This document shows, in pieces, positions 1 through 10,051 of a stretch of 18,977 nt of DNA. The first letter of the stretch is position 1, and the number at the start of each line of letters is the position of its first letter. The stretch covers positions 203,266-222,242 of the forward strand of contig NW_003314415.1 in the NCBI RefSeq assembly GCF_000143415.4. The letters run 5' to 3'. This DNA comes from Selaginella moellendorffii. Taxonomy: Eukaryota; Plantae; Lycopodiophyta. Made by a program: the position numbers and the translations under genes. The notes under the pieces were generated by a model. That model made no database searches. It was not told the DNA's origin and worked only from the letters and a program-made list of their open reading frames with translations.

Positions 1-999
1 TCTAACCGTGCATCACGACTCCGAGGCATCCCTCGCTTGGTTGGTGTGCCCAAACCAGTCCCCTCACTGAGAGTCCATGATCACCGAAAAATGAGTGTCC
101 TCATATTCCAAACCATCACCATGCCCTAGTAATTTGGGACTCGAACCCAAGCACTAAAGGGTCAGGACTTGAACAAAACCTCCGTATATGCATCTACGGA
201 TGGCATCACGCAGGATGCCTAGCGTGACTCCCCACGCTGGTGCACTAACATGTACTTAAAGCGTGTTATAGATCATAACTTAAGAACCTAGTTCTTCCGC
301 ACTACCAAGTCTTCTCACTTGGCAAGTCTGTGATCATGCATGGACTCCTCCATACTTGACCCCATGGGCCACCCCTTTTGAAGTTAGCACCTTCGACTAA
401 AGGATTTTTTTCCCTGACTTGCCAATTTTATTTAATAAGTCATCTGACCACCATAACATGTTTCATGCATAAGCATGAAAGTCCTTAACCATCGACTTTT
501 GTTCAAAGCCCTCTTTTTGAACACTCGGGAACTACTTCCCCAACCTTGATAGCCTTGCCTCAGAGTTAGTTTCAAGACCACCCTTCTGCTGTGCCACTCT
601 GATTTCGCGCGTTCTAAGAACTATTTACACCTGGTTTTCTAGGTACTTATCCACCTAGAATTGTCTTTGAGAACCTTCAAGGAACTCTGTTCCTTAGCTT
701 GCTAAGGCTTTGCCTTTGCAAGCTCCTTACTCACCATATGGTCTAACATGGATAATTCCATATTTTAAACTTTCCATGGTATCGTGATTGCTAGTAGCAA
801 CATCCTTGAACACCCTTTTGATTTTCCACTCCCAACTTGCATAACCATTGTTGGTTATGCCCTTCAATTTTTATGGTTTAGTTCCATCCCAATAGTACTT
901 GCCTTTGGCTTCATATGTTTCCTTCAGTTATTCTCCTCCAAACTAGGAGGATAGCTTTGCACATTCTATCATGCCTTAACAAGTATTCATAGGGATGAA

Positions 1000-2350
1000 C
1001 CTACCTGATAGCTTAGGGAGTGGTTCCTCAATTTGGGCATGCTCACCTTATAATCCCATACACTGGGATTACCGTTGCTATTTATGGGCCTCCATATGCC
1101 TATCACTAACCTTGCCAAAATCCCATTTTTGGCTTTGTCCAAATCAGGTAGATGGATTCCTCCCGTCTCCACAACCTTTGACGTTTGGATAACATCTCCT
1201 ATCCATCATTTGCTAGGGACTTGGTCCCTTGGGCCTTATTTATTGCCCTCATGACACTAAACACCACTTCTTGGTGTTCCAGAGTGTTTGGGTGTCCCAA
1301 TGATGGTTTCCTTGACAATGAGCATTTCCTTTTTCATCATTGACTCACTATATCACAACATAAGTAATTTATCCCCTGTAAAAGTATATCTAACTTCCTT
1401 ATGCCATTAAAAAGTCTTGGGTAACTACCTTCTACTCGTTTAACCAATTATTTTGCAACTTTTGCTTAGTTGTCTCATAGTTGTCAAGTTCTACAACTCA
1501 TTGCTTGGTGTTTCCACACTTCTATCATTATCTGGGTCACCACACTCCAACCACATGCCTTCCAGCTTAGGCTATGCCATTCCCTTGGCAAGGGGTTCCC
1601 ATGAACCTATCAACATAACCTCAAAGTATCTCACTTTGGCACATTTGGTGTCTCCACACCAACGGCTTCACAAGCCTACCTCTATGACACTTTTTACTTG
1701 TGTCTAAGTCTTTGCCAAGACCAAAGAAGTCATTTTTCAGGCCAATTATCAATCAGCACTGCACCATAGTGTTCACACACAACTCCATGCCAAAGTTGCT
1801 TTCTTTTTTGGGGAACACCTTTCCCATGACTTTAACATGACACATTCTACCATCGATGAGATACCCTTTGTTCTCATCCTTGGATCCTATGATCCCACCA
1901 TCCTTCATGGGGTACAACACACTTTAGTCCAAATGCTTCTATAAATCCTTTAGGATTATTCCTTGACTCTATTTGAGTCATCCAGCTTTTTGGACTTTGT
2001 TATCCAATGACCCATGAGGTCCTACCTTTGAGGTGCCAGCTCACTGGAATAAAACTTCTTGTATTCAAGTCCTACTCACAAGGATTATCTTTGCAAGTGT
2101 TACTCCGACACTTGATTTGTTCTCTTGGGGCAACCTTTTACCCCTTATGACCACTTGTCCATGTGATGAGAATACCAACTTGTCCTCTGAGTACACCCCC
2201 AACTCATTGGGTTATTCCAACATTTATTAAAGGTAGCTCCGGCTACCATTTCAAGGACTTGTGTCCTTTTCTGTATTTGACCTCCCGCAATCATTACTTC
2301 TGGTCTCACATTCATGAGCACTAACCTCAACTATATGAGGATAATCTTGT
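1000..2350 (-). pseudogene. Possible degenerate gag-like region of element D
   Basis: Lies downstream of the PBS. Weak zinc-knuckle-like remnants on the minus strand: CEHYGAVLIDNWP (~1740-1780), WLECGDPDN (~1525-1555), AHCQGNHH (~1298-1325). Many stops; boundaries approximate. Confidence 0.3.
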
Positions 2351-2689
2351 GACTTCTTTATTATTTTGGAGTCTCTATCTTTCCTATGATCCCAACTATA
2401 ATTATTTATCACAACTACATTAGCCAGTTGGCTATATCAAACACTTATTTGGATCACATCCTCAACTCTTTGAGGAAACCCTTATATTGTTCCCAAGATC
2501 CCAAAGTCGTTCCCTTACTGGCCCCTTCTCTATCTACCACATCGCGCCTAAGTTCATGCATGAACTTGAGTGGAGAGCCATGTCCTCTCGACATGCTACT
2601 CCTCAAGGATAGGCCCACTCCTAGGACCTTCCGATGTTAATATCAATAGTGATATACTTGAGCACCAATAAAAGTTGGACTAAGGAACA

Positions 2690-2701
2690 GCTTCGATACC
2701 A
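2690..2701 (-). promoter_or_regulatory. Primer binding site of D (tRNA-iMet type)
   Basis: Minus strand TGGTATCGAAGC, 3 nt after the LTR end (..TTACA ACT); 10/12 match to canonical TGGTATCAGAGC. Confidence 0.75.
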
Positions 2702-2704
2702 AGT

Positions 2705-4354
2705 TGTAAGCGACTAAATTTTCCATTCTACTTTAGTCACTTAACCACACCTTCGACCACTTAGAGGAATCTCACTCACAACCTCCATAAGTCCTATTTT
2801 GGACTTGGGCTTGCTAGCCCCGAGAATGGCATCCCCGCCACTCAACCATTGCACTTGGTCCAAGTGCTCCACGTGTCCAACCCCATGACTGACACCCCAA
2901 GGTACCACCGACATATCAGCCCGTTACACTAAGGCCACGCCCATTCACCTTGGTCACACTGGTGGTCTGACACCACCTGCATCAAAGTCCCGTTTCTCAA
3001 AGACTAGGCTATCCATCCATGAGTGATCATCCCAGATCCACTCCTTAGCATCCTTAGGATGCCCATAGATATGGGGATTAGCCTTCCCCAATATCCCTTT
3101 TCCAGTCCCTACCAAGTCCCTTTCTGTCCATGGCCATGTTCGCCAACACTGCTACTAGATCAAGGCCCACAAGCCCGACCACTAAGTCCCTCAGTCCTCT
3201 GGGACCTCCTCCTCACATGACCGTATCCTTGGTTTTTACACTAGAAGATGGCTCTTCTTCCTTTTCACAGTCTGGGACTTTGGGGCAACATTTCAGAACA
3301 CCATGGCCTTATGTGAGCCTCGTGGGTACTCTCCCTGCCTTCTGCCCTTGGGTGCTCTAGCCATGGGCTTAGAGCGAGGTTCTGTTGAGCCACGCTAGGT
3401 ATCCAAGTAGGTAGTGCCACCTACACTTGGACTGGAAGCATCAGCCAGTCGATCTCCCGGGGGAACTAGAGCGGGCTCTTGAACACTTCACCAAACTACC
3501 CCGCTTGTCAGTCTGTGTTCACTCTAGTCTTGGACTTCCCAATGGGCAGCTCATCGCCTAACACTGGGTACAGCCTTCTTAGGCCAAACTGGCCTTTCTT
3601 GGCCAAACTGACTCCACTGCAGTCCTCCCCCCTTACTATACTTTTGGAGCTCACCAAACCCCCCATGGCTTGGAAGATGAACGCTTTGGGCTTTCACCCT
3701 CTCAGACTCGAACTCGGACTCGGATTCGGACTCGGACTTCGGGCTCGGGTTTGGTCTTAGCCTCGGTCTCAGTCCCGATCTCGGTCTCGGTCTTGGTCTC
3801 GGTCCTGGTCTCGGTCTCGGTCCCGGTCTTGGTCTTGACCTCGGACTCCATCTTGGGTCCTTCTCGGACTCTATCTCGGACTTCATCTCGGGTCCATCTC
3901 GGACTCCATCTCAGGTCCATCTCGGACTCCATCTCGGACTTCATCTCGGGTCCATCTCGGACTTCAACTCGGGTCCATCTCGGACTCCAACTCGGGTTCA
4001 TCTCGAACTCCATCTCGGACTCATCTCGGACTCTATCTCCCATCCATTTCGGACTTTACCTCGGACTCCAACTCGGGTCCATCTTGGATTCCATCTCGGA
4101 CTCCATCTCGGGTCCATCTCAGACTCTTCCATGTGTCATGTGTTGGTCCTTTTGGGTTCCTTTTTGGAGCCTCACTTATTGCTCGCTTCATACTCGTTCC
4201 TCGAGCGCTTCGTTGGGAGTTCCACTCCCGCTCTCAACCTTTCAAGTCGGAGATTTTGGTCCAAACGTGTTACATTCGTTTGGCTTTCACTTCGGCCACT
4301 ACCACGTGGCACCCTTCCGGCTGCACTTTGGGGCCTAGGGTTTTGTGTCTCACA
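2705..4354 (-). repeat. 5' LTR of element D (~1650 bp)
   Basis: TG..CA ends with imperfect terminal inverted repeat (TGTAAG/TGTGAG) and adjacent PBS. G-box CCACGTGG (4302-4309) and telo-box-like AAACCCTA (4336-4343) lie near the U3 start. Partner LTR is not in the window. Confidence 0.7.
3701..4126. repeat. Composite tandem array inside D's LTR: TCGGAC/TCGGTC hexamers grading into GGACTCCATCTC / GGGTCCATCTC 12/11-mers
   Basis: Periodicity is directly visible and produces low-complexity ORFs on both strands. Confidence 0.95.
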
Positions 4355-5131
4355 GCTGGGCAGCAGCAGACCAAGAGAAGGGAACATCCTTGCGAGTGAG
4401 ATGCGTGAGAGGAAGGACAATGTCAGAGTAGTGATCAATGAATTTGCGGTAGAAGTTTGCTCCTCTTGAGTTTTTGAGTGGATGAGGATGTCATCGAGGT
4501 AGACAATCACCATCTGATCAAGAAACTCCGGAAAGACGTCGTTCGCCATGTGTTGGAAAACTACTAGAGTGTTTGTCAAGCCAAATGGCATAACAATGTA
4601 CTCGAAGTGGCCATAGTGGGTTCGGAACGCAGTCTTCCATTCATCACTAGGCCGGATCTGGATCAGGTTGTATGCTCCACGAAGGTCAATCTTGGTGAAG
4701 AAGCGGGCACCGCCGAGGCATTCCAATAGGTCTGAGATCAGGGGCAGCGGATAACAGTTCTGAACAGTCACCTTGTTCAAACCTCGGTAGTTGATAACTA
4801 GCTGCAAACTCCCATCCTTCTTCTTGACAAAGAAGACAGGTGCTCCAGCCAGGGACTGCGAATGCTGAATGTACCCCGAGGCAAGGTTCTCATCCGTGTA
4901 CTCTTTGAGGGCCTTAAGCTCGGACAGGGATAACCCATAGATGAGCCCCCACGGAGGTGACGCTCCTTCCTGTAAATCAATGGGACAGTCATAAGACCGA
5001 TGAACAAGTAGTGCACTAGCTTTTTTCTTGTCAAACACATCCCCAAAATCATGATACTTCTTAGGAAGACTGACAGGAGAAATATGCAAAGCAAAAAGGA
5101 AAACAGGTTCTTCATGAAGGAGTTCTTTCAT
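4355..5131 (-). pseudogene. pol: Reverse transcriptase of C, with internal deletion and truncation
   Basis: Motifs APVFFVKKKDGSLQLVINYRGLN, YPLPLI, FTKIDLRGAYN, WKTAFRTHYGHFEYIVMPFGLTN and YLDDILI. After 4460, another frame reads [30 protein letters not shown] (RT thumb/connection). Confidence 0.95.
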
Positions 5132-5339
5132 AGTGATTGTGGAGATAGGAGGAGGCGTAAGACTAAATGGAATGATGAGACGAGGATACTGTCCAGTGTA
5201 AGATGGAAGAGAGGAAAAAGAAGAGGGTGAAAACTTCGTAGAGTCATGAATTGAACCCCAATTTGAGTTTAGGGAACTTTTCCTGATTCGGACTCGATGA
5301 ACAACAAGGGAAGCCGTGGGAGATGGTGATGTGGGAGAG

Positions 5340-5680
5340 ATGAACTATAATTCCTTCCAACAGATCTAAGGCTGATATAGTTGGAGCCAAGGAAAGCCGA
5401 GCACCACAGAGGAGGACTTGCTATTGATGATGTTGAAGGCGATATCGGTGACGGTGGACCCGATGTGTACTCGAATGGGCAATGTTTCCCTAAGTCTAGA
5501 AGATGGAGACACAAAATGCCTACCAATGCCTTCAACTCTCAGATCCTGTATGGTAAGAGAAAGAGGAACGTGATGTCAGGCAACAAAGTCTGTGTCCATG
5601 AAGCAGGAAGTTGCACTTGAGTCCAGTAGCGCCAGAACCTTGAGTCCTGATTGTCTGGTGAAAGAAAGGAGACATGGGAT
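5340..5680 (-). pseudogene. Aspartic protease of C (disrupted)
   Basis: LKVLALLDSSATSCFMD (DSGA-type motif with G>S) and downstream VLGFPWL; in-frame stops. Confidence 0.85.
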
Positions 5681-5867
5681 GCGGAAGTTGCAAAAATTGG
5701 TGGTGGCTTTGATGAAAGGTGGTGAGGAGCTTAATAAAGAAGAAAAGTGAATTTTATTGGGGGAGTCCAAATAGACAGCTCCTATTCTATTTGGACAGGG
5801 TCGTTTCCCGACTGCAACAGAGGTAGATTTTGAGGCAAAGTGAACGCGAGTAGTCGGGGAGGCTTCT

Positions 5868-6747
5868 TGGGACACACAACTTTGTGATTAGGATTAGCAT
5901 AGTAGAGGCAAAGATTATGAGATATTCGACGTTGCTTCTCAGTAGGACTCTAATGAGTCGGGGAGTACTAGAAATTTCCATTGGGACTGGAGCAATAGGT
6001 GCAGGAGTCTGCCCCAAAGACTCAGGCTGGGATTCCTAAGTCTGAGACGGGAAAAACCGCGGTGCAGCGCCTTTCCTGACGACGTCCAAAAAGATGATTG
6101 TCACATCGAACAGCTTTGTTGATGGCATCTGATAGGTCCATGGGATCCTCCATGGTGAGCAACAAATCCTTGACACCGTTGTTGAGGCCGAAACGAAATT
6201 GATCAATCAGGGCCCACTCATCCCATTGAGTGTCCAAGGCAAGGAGTTAGAACTCTACAACATAGATCAAGGCAGGACGAGACCCCTGAGAGAGACGTCT
6301 CATCTTTGTGGTGGCAGCCCAAACCCGATCTGTCTCACCAAAACATGCTTTGAGCTTCTCTTTGAACAATTGAAGATCCATCAGCTCCGGAACCATAACC
6401 CCTTTCATGTTCTTCTCCAGGAGAGGAGAAAACCATGATAAAGTTGCACCTTTGAACAATGTTCCAATCGTGCCGATTTGAGACTCGGGAGTGGGGTATC
6501 GCCGATGTTGAAGTGCGAAGATCAGCTCCATCTGGTTCAGGAATCCGCAAAGCTCTGAATGCTTGCCTAAAAGTTTCACTGGGAAACTCACCTTCGGTTT
6601 AGGAACTTTGCTGGATCCTTGAGCCGAAAGTGAAGCAAGCTCCTGCTGCATGCGAAGAAGGATCGCCTTCAGCTCAGTATTCTCAGACTGGATTTTTGCA
6701 AGAACTTCAGCAAAGAAATCAGGATGGCTTGGAGACTCCATCGGCAA
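5868..6747 (-). pseudogene. gag: gag of C (retrotransposon gag, PEG10/RTL-like capsid family), premature stop at 6247-6249
   Basis: GFLNQMELIFALQ..RYPT..IGTLFKGATLSWFSPLLEK, LSQGSRPALIYVVEF*, QFRFGLNNGVKDLL and PVPMEI, plus a decayed knuckle NLCLYYANPNHKVVCP. Confidence 0.9.
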
Positions 6748-6823
6748 AGGAGAAAGAAAAAAAGGGGAAAGAAGGCAAAGGCAGTCAAATAATCAAAACG
6801 AGCTAAAGCAAAAAACAAAAAAA

Positions 6824-6839
6824 CCACAATCTGAATCAA
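6824..6839 (-). promoter_or_regulatory. Non-tRNA (self-priming) primer binding site of C
   Basis: Minus strand TTGATTCAGATTGTGG, 2 nt after the LTR end. It does not begin with TGG and is the exact complement of minus-strand 6946-6931 inside the LTR. Confidence 0.85.
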
Positions 6840-6841
6840 AC

Positions 6842-7202
6842 TGTCAAGACCCCCAACAAGATCAAGACTGGAAAATGCAGAAGATAAAGAGAAAAACTAG
6901 TGGAAATGAAAAAAAAGCCTTAGACTTGCGTTGATTCAGATTGTGGAGAAATGGAACAAGGCTAACCTATATATACTATAGGTTGATGAACCTCCACCAC
7001 TCTTGGATCGAGGACGACCTAAATATAGCTGAGGTTGAGGAGGCGCCACATCATCATTAGGAATGTGGCTTGAGACTCAAGAATCATACGGGAAATTAGA
7101 GAGTCAAAAATAAGGAAGTGTCTCGAGAGTCAAGAATGTGGTTTGCAGGTCAAAAATCTGGCAAGAGTTAGGAATGTGGCAAGAATTAAGGGATTCCTAA
7201 CA
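6842..7202 (-). repeat. 5' LTR of element C (361 bp)
   Basis: TGTCA...TAACA termini, ~95 bp upstream of the gag ATG. Contains a TATA box and degenerate (A/G)GAATGTGG repeats at ~7058-7185. Composition changes after 7202. Confidence 0.8.
6968..6975 (-). promoter_or_regulatory. TATA box of C's LTR
   Basis: TATATATA starts 29 nt upstream (minus strand) of 6946, the first base of the PBS-complementary segment. Confidence 0.7.
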
Positions 7203-8886
7203 CTTGGGAGTTGCTTTGTGCTTTTGCTCTGCTCCTTGAATTAAACACTCAAAAGTTATTTTGTGCTTTGGTTTTGTTATTCCTTAGTTATATGCTCAAG
7301 AGTTTAGCTCCATCTCTTCATTCAGTGGCCCAAGGCCATATACTCAAGTTCTACTCTATTACCCTTGGCCCATGTATCCAAGGGTTAAGGTTCCACTTTG
7401 TGGTTATTTTATAGTAAAACACTATATAGTAAAAGGTGAAAAATATATGTGGTATAAAATTAGTTAAATTGATAAACTCAAAAAAGAGCATGCTATCAGA
7501 GGGATTTAAAGAAGGAATAAAGGAGCAAAATGGAAACATAGTAGGAAGTAATAAAAAAACAAAAGTGATGGAAGCAAAGGTAAAAGAGAAAGGATAAAGT
7601 AGAATAAAAATCAAAGGAATAGAAAAAATATAAGGAAGTATGAGATAAGGGGAGAGAAGCCTCAAAATCACATTTGGCATGATTGCATTGCAATTAATTT
7701 ATACCAAGAATGAGATAAAAAATTTGACTTGATACCATATGCAATGATTGAAGTTCAAACTTGAGATCACCCACACCTATAGCTATATGTTAAGGTTTCC
7801 ACTCAACTTTTGGCACAACTTTCAAGGGTGATATAACTTTGTGTGACCTCTAGACTTCTATGGGCAATCTAGAATCTAGCTTATCATCAATACCCTTCTC
7901 TATCATCCAAGACTACTTATAAATAACATCATTATGGCTTTTGGGATAGCAATGCACATTCTAGGCTTTGACACTCATAATGATTTGGCTCAGCCAGCTC
8001 CAATATGGCATGCATTAGGATTTCCAACCTTTTAAGGCCTCATCATACACTTCTTTATCACACAAGGCTCTACTCCACTACCATTTATACTTGTGGTGAC
8101 TTTTTAGTCATTTTCTTTACTCTTTTCTTTTCCTTGTTCTTTCACTTTGTTTTCTTTGTTTTTTCTCTAGGTTTTAGGTTCATCACAATAGACTTGTGCT
8201 TAGGTCATAGTTTTCTCCATGTGGCATTAATCTTGATCATTTTGAAGCTCAAGTTTTTCTCAGTTTTGCTATGGCTATTCCATTCTATCTTTATATCACT
8301 TCATCATACTTTCCCTCTTTCATAGTCATTATTTGCATTTTCATTCATTTCCTATGCCATTGCTCATTATTTTAGTAGTTTCCTTTTCCAGCTTTCCCCT
8401 TAATATTACAATTTAGCTTGGCATTCTTCAATAGTTTATAGGCACATAGTATTCATATATATGGCCTCCATTATCTAGTAAAGGTTCAGTAAGAGAGACA
8501 TATTCATCTCCAACTTATAGCAATGACCTTGAACAATGTAGTTTCGACATATGTAGAATTGGAAGTAGATGTTTTTAGTGACTAGTACAAGCATCCAAAT
8601 CCATTCCATAGTGAAGCTTATTTCTTTATTTGTTTCTCTCTACTTCTAGTAGCCTTTTCTAATAAAGATTTTTGGTTTTTGCTGCATTTCTTATTGTAGA
8701 GAGTTCTAATTTTAGCATGATTCAACTGATGGTTGGTTGTGGTTTTCTCTTTTTATAGATTTCTCAAGTTTTTTTGAAGTTTTAAGTGTTTACAAGGAAG
8801 AAAAAGAGGATTTTAAAGAACATTTAAGATATTCCAATAGATCCCAATAATCAACGGTTATAGATGACATTGTGGGAGAAGGGAGG
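7203..8886 (+). mobile_element. Probable LTR/5' leader of old Gypsy element A (continues at 16148 after removing B)
   Basis: AT-rich, CpG-depleted and non-coding, with TATAAATA at ~7918-7925 followed by T-rich tracts. Contiguous with the sequence upstream of A's gag across the GGAGG TSD. LTR end and PBS not identified. Confidence 0.45.
8882..8886. repeat. Left target site duplication GGAGG
   Basis: Identical to 16148-16152. Confidence 0.95.
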
Positions 8887-10039
8887 TGTAGTACACGTGG
8901 TTTTGACCCTTTATCCTATGGTGATTTACCATAAGATAACACCACAAAGCGAAACCTAACCCTCTTTGTGCAACGTGACATATGCCACGTGTCACATGCC
9001 ACATGTCCATGCCACATGTCCATAAGAACCCGAGGTTCAGGGCCTCGGGCCACTGAACAAAGGAACGGTGCCAAACTCCCAAGCGTGGAGCCAAGGAGTG
9101 ACGGAACCGAACCATGAAGCAACTCCCAAGCATAAAGCCCAATGAGCGAAGGGACAGGAGCCCGGAGCGACTTGGAACAGTCCTGGAGCAACCAGCATCC
9201 CAATGCTAGGACCAGCACGCACAACGGAGCCAAACGGAGGCTGGCGCTATTTCGGCATACCGGTGGCCTAACGTGAGGGTATGGGTACTCCACCAACTAG
9301 CATGGAATGGAACTTGGGCTTAAACCCAAGCCGGACGCTGAACAAGGACACGCACGCAAGCGGGAGCTAGACTATGCCTCAGGTTGGTTGGCCATGCCCG
9401 ACCTACCCACTATCCCTACTATACATTTGGAACCCCCCACAGCCCCCCCCCCCCCCCCCCTTGAGGAACACACCCTTTGGGCTTTCACCCCAAGCCTCCC
9501 TTAATATCAGGAGTTAGTCTCTGGGACAAGCTCGAAACTTACTAAATATGGAATGTCCTTAGATTGCGAATTTGGATACGGGACGAACACCATTGTGTTT
9601 AGAACGATCTCTACATTCCGTAGATATGCCAAATGAGCAAATCTGGACACTTTCCATAAATAGCATTTGGGACCGAAATGAGACTAACACAAAGGGCATG
9701 ATAGCGAGGGTGTTTGGCAAACACGGTAAGCTATCATGTAGCGATATTGAGGGACCAATCTCAATACGTGAGGGTTCTTGTCAAGCCAGTGCAAGACAGA
9801 GCAAAAGAGAACTAACAAGCCGGGCCAAGTATGCTCAGCTAAATAGACACTTAGGAATTCCTTTCTTATGCTCATCCGGCCAAGTACAAATGCAAAGTCT
9901 AGTTTACTAACACTTGAACAAGAGGGACTGATAAAGGGTCCAGCAATACCGACCTCCTGCCATCATGGCAGTAAGGTAAGAGTGTCCGTAAGGACTGGTC
10001 GACAGGTAACTTTTGATACCCGAAGTCACATTCGCGACA
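8887..10039 (-). repeat. 3' LTR of B (1153 bp)
   Basis: TGTAG...CGACA. About 39 substitutions and two indels (27 bp, 1 bp) versus 15023-16147 by manual count. Confidence 0.97.
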
Positions 10040-10051
10040 CTCTCCCCCCCT
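10040..10051 (-). promoter_or_regulatory. Polypurine tract of B
   Basis: Minus strand AGGGGGGGAGAG immediately precedes the 3' LTR's TGTC; copia-like. Confidence 0.9.

Larger units (their letters stand above)
1..4354 (-). mobile_element. Element D: LTR retrotransposon (5' LTR, PBS and degenerate interior; 3' part outside window), inserted into the pol of element C
   Basis: LTR 2705-4354 has TGTAAG...CTCACA termini and a Met-type PBS at 2690-2701. It cleanly interrupts C's post-RT reading (..[10 protein letters not shown]) at 4354/4355. The interior has no long ORF; superfamily not assignable. Confidence 0.75.
4355..7202 (-). mobile_element. Element C: Ty3/gypsy chromovirus-type (Tcn1/Tf1-like) retrotransposon, 5' portion
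   Basis: 5' LTR at 6842-7202, then gag, protease and RT in Gypsy order on the minus strand; interrupted by D at 4354. Confidence 0.9.

Noticed and set aside
1-1000. pol domains of element D
   Set aside because: No protease, RT or integrase motif could be recognised by eye.
3701-4126. CRISPR-like array
   Set aside because: Contiguous short units with no unique spacers, no cas genes, and a eukaryotic TE context.
3551-4338. ORFs of 111-222 aa with RP, SV, ET or DSIS repeats
   Set aside because: They are translations of the tandem array; stop-free by repeat composition.
4172-4457. C-terminal extension of the 319-aa RT ORF as a novel domain
   Set aside because: Out-of-frame read-through after the deletion and into D's LTR.
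7351-8325. Hydrophobic F/L/I-rich ORFs (7351-7680 minus, 8005-8325 plus) as membrane or env-like proteins
   Set aside because: Explained by T-rich strand composition; no motif, and the position is wrong for env.
8405-8592. Candidate LTR end/PBS for A (TACA..TTGGCATTC at ~8407-8427; TTTTTAGTGACT at ~8572-8583)
   Set aside because: Neither matches a tRNA 3' end convincingly, and no partner LTR is available to fix the boundary.
9572-9910. 112-aa ORF duplicated at 15680-16018, and other paired ORFs
   Set aside because: Duplication reflects the two LTRs; TTG start and no recognisable domain.
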